DNA of 64,000 nucleotides from an uncultured Candidatus Saccharibacteria bacterium (GTDB taxonomy: Bacteria; Patescibacteriota; Minisyncoccia; Phycocordibacterales; JACNGX01), in NCBI GenBank assembly GCA_964621395.1, contig CAZULS010000001.1, positions 245,106 through 309,105 of the forward strand. Direction: 5' to 3'. The notes below the pieces were generated by a model. The model saw nothing but the letters and a program-made list of their open reading frames with translations, searched no databases and was not told the origin of the DNA. Position numbers and translations under genes: made by a program. Positions within the stretch are counted from its first letter, which is position 1; each line of letters starts with the position of its first letter. Shown in pieces: positions 57,507 through 64,000 of this stretch.

Positions 57507-58721
57507 ATGATTAGCTTCTTAGCCGAGCGGCGGGCACTTATGTCGCTGTATGGTGGACGAGTATTCCTTTCCATGGCGGAGACCATGGTGGGGATTTTTC
57601 TTGCCATTTTCATTTTTGAGCTCTTCGGACGGCAGCTCTGGCCTGTTTTCGCGTATTATCTTTTTCGTCATCTTGCCTATGGTCTTCTTGTGCCACTCGG
57701 CGGCATTATCCTTGATCGTATCGGCTCACGCGTGCCGCTTGTCTTGGGAGTATGTTCATCGGCTGCGTTTATCACCTCGCTCTATGGTGTTACAACAAGT
57801 GAAGGGACAACACAGCTTCTCTTCCTCGGAGCAGCACTTATCTTTACCGTCACCTTTCGTGTGTTTTTCTGGACACCATTTCATGTGGATGTGGCGACAC
57901 ATACAAATCGTGCCGTGCGCGGAAAAGAAACCGGTGTGCTTCTTGCGGCCCTTACTGTCGTGTCGGCAACAGCGCCGGCAATCGGTGGCTTCCTCATTTC
58001 CTCGTATGGGTATGCCATGTTGTTTATCGTTGCGGTATTTGTGAGCCTTGCAGCAATTATTCCTTTTATCTCCGTGCCCAAGCGCGACGAAACATTCTCT
58101 TGGGGATATGGAGAGACGTTTCGTCGTGTCTTGGCTCCCGAGAGCAGACGCCTTGTTGTCTCAAGCATGCTCCTTGGCGCTGAAAACATTATTGGTGTTC
58201 TCATCTGGCCGCTCTTTATCTTCTTGCTGCTCGACGGACAGTATTTGGATGTTGGTATTATTTCATCGCTCATCGTGATTGGTACGGCGATGTTTCAGCT
58301 TGTTGTCGGCGACAGATTAGACAAGCATGCCAAGGCGGATGTGATGCGCGGGTGGACACCGTTTACAGCAGTTGCCTGGGTGCTTAAAATTTTTGTGGCA
58401 ACGGCATTTCAGATTTTTATTGTTGGCGCATATCACAGTATTGTGCGCTCGTTTCGAAGCGTATCATATGAGGCGTTTTTCTATGAGCTTGCCGCCGACG
58501 GTGGACAGTATGTCGATGAGTATACGGTTGTGCGTGAAATGGCCATTCAGTTTTCAAAAGTAATCACCGTTGCAATCATTGCTCCCATCGCCTTTTTCTT
58601 TGGCTTACAGTGGACTTTTCTCATCGGATTCATCACATCAATCCTTCTGAACATGTTTTTGAAGCATGATACTGAGGAGGAGATGCAGGAGAAGGCGCGG
58701 GAGGTAAATATTAGAAATTAG
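57507..58721 (+). CDS. Multi-pass membrane transporter (MFS-like)
   Basis: 404 aa, about 12 predicted TM segments. A TATACT box lies 8 nt 5' of the ATG. Confidence 0.45.
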   Translation: MISFLAERRALMSLYGGRVFLSMAETMVGIFLAIFIFELFGRQLWPVFAYYLFRHLAYGLLVPLGGIILDRIGSRVPLVLGVCSSAAFITSLYGVTTSEGTTQLLFLGAALIFTVTFRVFFWTPFHVDVATHTNRAVRGKETGVLLAALTVVSATAPAIGGFLISSYGYAMLFIVAVFVSLAAIIPFISVPKRDETFSWGYGETFRRVLAPESRRLVVSSMLLGAENIIGVLIWPLFIFLLLDGQYLDVGIISSLIVIGTAMFQLVVGDRLDKHAKADVMRGWTPFTAVAWVLKIFVATAFQIFIVGAYHSIVRSFRSVSYEAFFYELAADGGQYVDEYTVVREMAIQFSKVITVAIIAPIAFFFGLQWTFLIGFITSILLNMFLKHDTEEEMQEKAREVNIRN

Positions 58722-58794
58722 AAAATAAGCACTTCGTTTCGTTTGTGTTGCAAGTCTATGCCTGTACTGTTAGTATTGTCGCATATCCATAAGT

Positions 58795-59217
58795 GTGAAT
58801 CTCTATATGAATATGAATTCCTCAAACATAATTGTTATCCTAGCGTTACTTCTTGGAGTGTCCGTCTATTTTAATGTGCAAGGATCCAAGAAAAAGGATT
58901 TAATTTTTGAGAACAACTTGAGATGCGCACAATATATTGAGCAGGAGAATGAAGAAGCGGACAGAATCGCAGACTTGCCTATTAATCAGACAAGAATAGT
59001 GTCTGTTCCCAAAGTATTTTATAGTCCCGTATTGAATACATGTGTTAGTGCTCTTAGGATTGATGATTTTAGAGAAGGTTTCAGTAGTTATTATGTTATT
59101 AAGGATCTGTTGATTAACGAGTCCATTTTGGAGGTAAATGGACTCAGAAATGAAATATCCGGTCAAATTGCATCGGACCAGTATCATGCAAAACTGGAGG
59201 AGTTAAGCGGCCGATAG
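58795..59217 (+). CDS. Hypothetical signal-anchored protein (140 aa)
   Basis: N-terminal hydrophobic segment IIVILALLLGVSVYF; very AT-rich. Confidence 0.3.
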   Translation: MNLYMNMNSSNIIVILALLLGVSVYFNVQGSKKKDLIFENNLRCAQYIEQENEEADRIADLPINQTRIVSVPKVFYSPVLNTCVSALRIDDFREGFSSYYVIKDLLINESILEVNGLRNEISGQIASDQYHAKLEELSGR

Positions 59218-59261
59218 CCAGAGCATAAAGACAAGGAAATCGGGAACTAGAAATTAAAAAT

Positions 59262-59822
59262 ATGGTACTGAAGAAACTATCAAGAATCGTTGACGAAATA
59301 CTTCCGCGCTCTGAATTTTTGGAGATGCATGGTTATCATATCGAGTCTTTTTATCTCTTGGCCGCAATATTAGAAATAGAAATAGAACGCCTGCTCTCTC
59401 TATATGAACAAAATGTTTCTTTTTTTGTTGAGAAAGGAGAAAGCGAAAGTGATTTTAGTTTTGATGTAGAGTCTTTTAAGAAAAGGTATCTAAGGAATAA
59501 GATGACGATTGGACAATCTATTGAATACATGTCATTTTTCTGTAAAGACGACAAGATTCTAAAAGAATTACAATATTTTAACGACTTACGACGGAAGTGT
59601 GTTCACGGACTTTTTGACGAGAAAAATAATTTATCAGAATTGGACATTCTTGTTTCTGGAGACCAGGAAAGATTTTTTAAATTATTGGAAGATATAGATA
59701 AGTTACAAGGTGAGTTAATTGATTCGCTGATGGAGAAGTGTGAATGTATGAGAGGAAGGGAAGAAAAAGAGTGTCTCAGTAAACTGTATGACTTTGATTT
59801 TCTTCGAGACAACAAAGAGTAA
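59262..59822 (+). CDS. Hypothetical acidic protein with R-x4-H (possible HEPN-like) motif
   Basis: 186 aa; NDLRRKCVHGLF; AT-rich. Confidence 0.25.
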   Translation: MVLKKLSRIVDEILPRSEFLEMHGYHIESFYLLAAILEIEIERLLSLYEQNVSFFVEKGESESDFSFDVESFKKRYLRNKMTIGQSIEYMSFFCKDDKILKELQYFNDLRRKCVHGLFDEKNNLSELDILVSGDQERFFKLLEDIDKLQGELIDSLMEKCECMRGREEKECLSKLYDFDFLRDNKE

Positions 59823-59827
59823 TCACC

Positions 59828-61075
59828 ATGGAAAAACGTGATGCAAACGAATATGTGGATGTGATTGTGATTGGGGGTGGGGCTTCGGGGCTTTTTGCTG
59901 CCGGGAGGGTCGCTGAGCGCGGGAAGAAGGTGCTTGTTCTGGAGAAGAATCCCTCATGCGGCAAGAAGCTGCTTCTTACCGGCGGTGGCAGGTGTAATAT
60001 TACCAATGAATGTGACACACGCACCTTTCTTGAGCATTTGGGTAAGGGGACGGAAGCGCTTTTTTCGGCATTTGCGCAGTTTGATGTGAAAGACACTTTT
60101 ACTTTCTTTGAGGAGCGAGGATTGCCTTTGGTGGTGGAGGCGCGCGGAAGAGCTTTTCCGAAGTCGCAGCGCGCACAAGATGTGCTTTCTGTGCTTGAGA
60201 AGTATGTGCGCGACAATGGCGGCACCATTCGCACGAAGGCAAAGGTAAAGAAAGTGAAGGTAGATGAAAGCGGGGTATTGGTGGAGACACAGAGTGCGAC
60301 GATTGCCGCCGACTCACTCATTATCGCTACGGGCGGTTTATCGCATCCTGAGACCGGCTCCACAGGGGACGGCTTCCGATTCTGCGAATCACTTGGTCAC
60401 AGCGTGTTTGAGCCGAGTGCTGATTTGGTGCCGATTGAGGCCCTAGACGAGTGGGTAAAGCGCCTCTCAGGTACGTCGTTGTCATTTATGAAAATGACAG
60501 TATTTCTCAATGGAAAGAAACAATTCTCTAAAAAGGGGAAGGTGCTCTTCACACACTTTGGCCTTTCCGGACCGCTTATCCTAAACAGTGCGCGAAGCAT
60601 CGGCGAGCTTCTGAAGAAGGGAAGCGTGATGATTTCAATCGACGCGTATCCCGATACCGACATTGCCGAGCTTGATGAAAGAATCGTGAAGGTATTTGAA
60701 AAATCGAAGAACAGAATGATAAAGAACGTTGCCGATGAGATTGTGCCGCACGGTATGGCGGATATTTTCTCACTTCTCTTCCCGAATATTGAGGGCGGAA
60801 AGAAAGTGCACAGTGTCTCAAAAGAAGAACGTCAAACGATTGCGCGCACATTAAAAGCGCTTCCAGTGCATGTGAGCGGGCTTATGGGCATGGATAGGGC
60901 GATTGTCTCTGATGGCGGTGTCCCTCTCGAAGAAATCGATACCAAATACATGCGTTCACGATTGCACCCTCATGTGTATGTCACCGGCGACATGCTCCAC
61001 ATCAATCGCAAGTCGGGTGGGTATTCACTTCAAATCGCATGGACAACCGGTTATGTGGCGGGGGATTCGGCGTAG
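59828..61075 (+). CDS. HI0933/BaiN-family FAD-dependent oxidoreductase (aminoacetone oxidase family flavoprotein)
   Basis: 415 aa; VIVIGGGASGLFAAGRVAERGKKVLVLEKN dinucleotide fold; CGKKLLLTGGGRCNITN signature. Confidence 0.7.
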   Translation: MEKRDANEYVDVIVIGGGASGLFAAGRVAERGKKVLVLEKNPSCGKKLLLTGGGRCNITNECDTRTFLEHLGKGTEALFSAFAQFDVKDTFTFFEERGLPLVVEARGRAFPKSQRAQDVLSVLEKYVRDNGGTIRTKAKVKKVKVDESGVLVETQSATIAADSLIIATGGLSHPETGSTGDGFRFCESLGHSVFEPSADLVPIEALDEWVKRLSGTSLSFMKMTVFLNGKKQFSKKGKVLFTHFGLSGPLILNSARSIGELLKKGSVMISIDAYPDTDIAELDERIVKVFEKSKNRMIKNVADEIVPHGMADIFSLLFPNIEGGKKVHSVSKEERQTIARTLKALPVHVSGLMGMDRAIVSDGGVPLEEIDTKYMRSRLHPHVYVTGDMLHINRKSGGYSLQIAWTTGYVAGDSA

Positions 61076-61087
61076 ACCTTTTTCTCC

Positions 61088-61220
61088 GTCATCCCGCACT
61101 TGATGCGGGATCTCCAATATATTTTCACTAAAAACTGTTTGAAAACCAAAGTTGAGCTTTGATATGAATACCAAAGCTCAACTTTGGTTTTCTGGATCCC
61201 GCATCAAGTGCGGGATGACA
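61088..61220. repeat. Hairpin-unit pair element (family 1 short form) with an internal 16-bp hairpin
   Basis: gtcatcccgcacttgatgcgggatc ... accaaagttgagctttg-N14-caaagctcaactttggt ... ggatcccgcatcaagtgcgggatgaca. Confidence 0.65.
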
Positions 61221-61267
61221 AGTGGAAAATAATTGACAGTAAACTGAGAAAAATAAAAACCCCGTCA

Positions 61268-61546
61268 TTATAACGGGTTTCGCAAATTAGTTAGAAAGAC
61301 CACCAAAAGAGCTGGAATATGCACAATGGGAATGAAAAAAAATGTTCCCACGACGCTAATTTGCATCGTCGTATGGACGAATCCTCCGGTTAGTCCCGAA
61401 AGGATGAAAAAAGCAAACATTACTCTGACACTTTCTTTCCTGCTTTTGGGCTCCCAGGTTGTGTAGTAGAGCCCAATACCGGCGAATGCCGTTAACCATA
61501 CGAGCATCAAAAATTGTACGGTCGGTTCAAAGATCTCGATAACCAT
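61268..61546 (-). CDS. Small membrane protein (92 aa)
   Basis: Three predicted TM helices. Confidence 0.3.
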   Translation of the reverse strand: MVIEIFEPTVQFLMLVWLTAFAGIGLYYTTWEPKSRKESVRVMFAFFILSGLTGGFVHTTMQISVVGTFFFIPIVHIPALLVVFLTNLRNPL

Positions 61547-61644
61547 AATTTCAAATTTAAGTTTCCCGAGGGTGTTTTTCCATTCTGTAAGGTATCATGT
61601 CATACGTAACATGTCAATGGACAGTGCATGATATTATTACATAC

Positions 61645-62739
61645 ATGAACATACCATTTCGAATCATGTTTCTCACATTGTTGCTCATCGCAATGCCGTT
61701 TTCGATGTGTTTTGCACAAACGAATGAGATGGTGGAAACCGTCCGTGCCGAGGTGGTGGAAGTATTTGACGTGCGTGATGAAATTATTTTTGGCACAGAG
61801 GCGTCGCATACCATTCAAGATATTGAAGTGCGGATTCTTGAAGGAAGTAAAAAGGGAGAAACGGTGCGTTTTGACAATGACTTTATTATGCTCGAGCGGG
61901 GAGATTCTTTTTATCTCCGCATCACCACACAAGGGAGTGGCACTATCGGTTATAGAGTGGAAGAATATGACCGACGCGGGGTGTTGTGGGGACTTTTTGC
62001 ACTATTTGGCGTCTTGATTGTGCTTTTTGCCGGCAAGCAAGGGCTTCGCTCGCTCGGCGCGCTTCTTGCGAGTTTGCTTGTGGTCGGTTTCATTCTTGTG
62101 CCGTCGCTTGCTTCCGGTGTTTCTCCGGTGCCGGTGTCGATTGGTGTTGCTGCAATCGTTCTTCTTTTTGCCATCGGCATGACACATGGAGTGAATAAAG
62201 GATCGGTCATTGCCTATATCGGTACCATGGTTGCCGTTGTGTTTGCCGGTGGGCTTGCATCTCTCTCTATTTTAGGTGGACATTTGAGCGGAAATGTAAG
62301 CGATGAGACACTTGCGCTCTTGGTGCAAACGGGTGGCTCCATTGATCTTGGCGGACTTCTTCTTGCGGCTATGATTATCGGTATGCTTGGAGTACTCGAT
62401 GATGTGGCAATTACACAAGTGTCGGTGGTGCGGGAACTTTTTGACGCCAATGGTGGCATGAGTCGAAAAGAAACATATAAACGTGCCATGCGTGTGGGGA
62501 GGGATCATATCGGCTCGCTTATTAACACGCTGGTACTCGCGTATACGGGAGCCGCATTACCGCTCCTCATTCTCTTTTCATACGGTGAGAGCGACTTTTT
62601 CCATATCATGAACAGCGAAATCGTGGCAACGGAGATTGTCCGCGCGCTCGTGGGAAGCATCGGCCTCATCATCGCCGTGCCGGTGACGACGGGACTGGCG
62701 GTGTGGGCGCATAAATCACAAATCTCAAGCACCAAATAG
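61645..62739 (+). CDS. YibE/F-family multi-pass membrane protein
   Basis: Internal ATG MNIPFRIMFLTLLLIAMPF (signal-like). Gly-rich TM helices typical of YibE/F. Confidence 0.5.
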   Translation: MNIPFRIMFLTLLLIAMPFSMCFAQTNEMVETVRAEVVEVFDVRDEIIFGTEASHTIQDIEVRILEGSKKGETVRFDNDFIMLERGDSFYLRITTQGSGTIGYRVEEYDRRGVLWGLFALFGVLIVLFAGKQGLRSLGALLASLLVVGFILVPSLASGVSPVPVSIGVAAIVLLFAIGMTHGVNKGSVIAYIGTMVAVVFAGGLASLSILGGHLSGNVSDETLALLVQTGGSIDLGGLLLAAMIIGMLGVLDDVAITQVSVVRELFDANGGMSRKETYKRAMRVGRDHIGSLINTLVLAYTGAALPLLILFSYGESDFFHIMNSEIVATEIVRALVGSIGLIIAVPVTTGLAVWAHKSQISSTK

Positions 62740-62850
62740 CAAATAATATCAAAATACCAAAGCTTAAAATCAAAACACGACGGCACCTGTCCCTCAGTGT
62801 CACCATATTTTGTGATACAATAAAAGATATTGGTAATACTCTTTTATTGT

Positions 62851-63279
62851 ATGAAAATCTCCACACAGCTTCCTCAGTGTACAGACGAACCGACGCTTCT
62901 GTGTACGCTCGGACGACGGCTCTCTGTTTTCTATGTTGCCTATAGCGGCGCGATTGAAAAGGTCGCGAGTGTTGAGCAGGAAAGGCGTAAGTATAGCGAT
63001 AGAGAAGGAATGTTTGTCTCCGGTAAAAGTAAACGCGGTGCGGTGTATGAAATGCCGCGCGAAGAGACACGCCGTCGCTTTGCGAAAATGGTTGCCGAGA
63101 AAGCGCGTGATATGGTGAAAGTGCATGGAGTGAGTCGTGTGTATCTCTTTGAGCCGTCGTATATGAAAGGGGAGATTGAACATGCACTTGCCGCTAATGT
63201 GAAGAAACTCATTGTACGAAGGTTCTCAGGTAATTTTACGAAAGCACATCCGTTTGATTTGCTGAAGAAGATAACATAA
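62851..63279 (+). CDS. Hypothetical protein (142 aa)
   Basis: Internal ATG (MKISTQLPQ...) of ORF 62830..63279. Followed by aacgataaac motifs and a terminator hairpin agcagcgcgggacc-tttg-gccccgcgctgct. Confidence 0.3.
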   Translation: MKISTQLPQCTDEPTLLCTLGRRLSVFYVAYSGAIEKVASVEQERRKYSDREGMFVSGKSKRGAVYEMPREETRRRFAKMVAEKARDMVKVHGVSRVYLFEPSYMKGEIEHALAANVKKLIVRRFSGNFTKAHPFDLLKKIT

Positions 63280-64000
63280 GACGATTAACGATAAACTTTT
63301 AGACGATAAAGAAGCAGCGCGGGACCTTTGGCCCCGCGCTGCTTTCGATTCCGGTTCTATACTGTCATCCTGCACTTGATTCTATATTGCCGCGCGGATG
63401 CAATGCGGTATCTTTGCAGATTCTGAATCAAGTTCAGAATGACAAAAATAATGTATATGTCACAAAAAAGCCGCGCTATACGCGCGGCTCTTGTCATCTT
63501 GTGTCCCATCGTGTTGCGGCAAAAAACGCAATCTGGGCGAGTATTTCCGCATTAGGCACTAAGGCTTCCGCAGACTCTTTGTCCGGAAAGGTGTCTTCCG
63601 ACTTAGAATCTTTTCTCTGATGCTCCTGCTTTTTCGTTTCCTCATTTTCATCCCCCGACATTATTACCACCTCCCTTTTTGAAGCACGAGTAGGTTATGG
63701 ATTCTCTAATCTCCTCCACAACATCCCCCGAGCCGTTCGCTCGTCTCCTAGCTTTGTCTTTTTTCGATTTCTTATCTGTCAGGGAGCATTTACATTCTCC
63801 CTTCTGTCTCTTGTCGTTTCCCGTACTGTGTGTACAGACGTGATAACCTGTGTCTGCCATACGTTTTTATTTTTTGAGGATTTACAAATATTACAAAAAG
63901 AACATAAAATATAACCTCCTTAGTAAATCATATATTGCTTTGTAAATCAATTGTTCTTTTCTTCTATACGTCAATTTGATATACTGGACATGTTATGGGA

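Noticed and set aside
50832-61240. Integrase/recombinase or transposase bounding the tRNA-Gln island
   Set aside because: None of the ORFs shows tyrosine-recombinase (R..H..R..Y) or serine-recombinase motifs or a DDE architecture. Island boundaries therefore remain undefined.

Overview
This 64 kb window looks like a compact, gene-dense bacterial chromosome segment. GC is roughly 45% by eye. Genes are short, tightly spaced and often translationally coupled. The intergenic DNA is saturated with several families of short hairpin/MITE-like repeats. Gene content is dominated by housekeeping genes: the secA 3' end, glmS, ppsA, eno, obg, gatB, thyX, gap, rpiB, rpe, a split transketolase, ligA, gatCA, prfB, ftsEX, pyrG and rpmG. 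There is a complete competence/type IV pilus locus with comF and pilM-N-O-(P)-B, a CheY-like receiver, the major pilin, the prepilin peptidase and four pseudopilins. There is also a tRNA cluster (Met, Asp, Thr, Thr) and a separate tRNA-Gln. The overall profile (ThyX instead of ThyA, split Tkt, separated gatCA and gatB, T4P plus ComF, lysine-rich tails, frequent leaderless-looking starts) is consistent with a reduced-genome bacterium such as a CPR/Patescibacteria member. That lineage assignment is inference only. The most unusual part is a compositionally mosaic accessory island directly 3' of tRNA-Gln (about 50.8-57.5 kb). It carries a putative HEPN/DUF4145-like protein with a zinc ribbon, a Nudix hydrolase, an AbiEi/AbiEii-like pair with palindromic operators, and a GC-rich two-gene module made of an archaeo-eukaryotic-primase (AEP) to SF2 DEXH helicase fusion (722 aa) plus a tightly coupled 179-aa partner. 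No integrase is visible. Other notable points are listed here. (1) Two MITE families; one repeatedly supplies start codons or a C-terminus and stop to flanking genes (rpe, a pilO-like gene, a pilin-like gene). (2) A conserved ~40-nt module sits immediately 5' of the ATG of at least five unlinked genes. (3) A tRNA-like cloverleaf (anticodon CAT) has a non-canonical T-loop, and its 3' 20 nt are repeated 213 bp downstream, with twin hairpins showing compensatory changes in between. (4) A ~62% GC foreign ORF with its own sigma70-like promoter sits inside the tRNA cluster. (5) An rpmG (L33) gene below the ORF-track length cut-off. (6) A prfB that appears to start just after the usual frameshift site. 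All calls are from reading the sequence and the ORF translations; no database searches were run.
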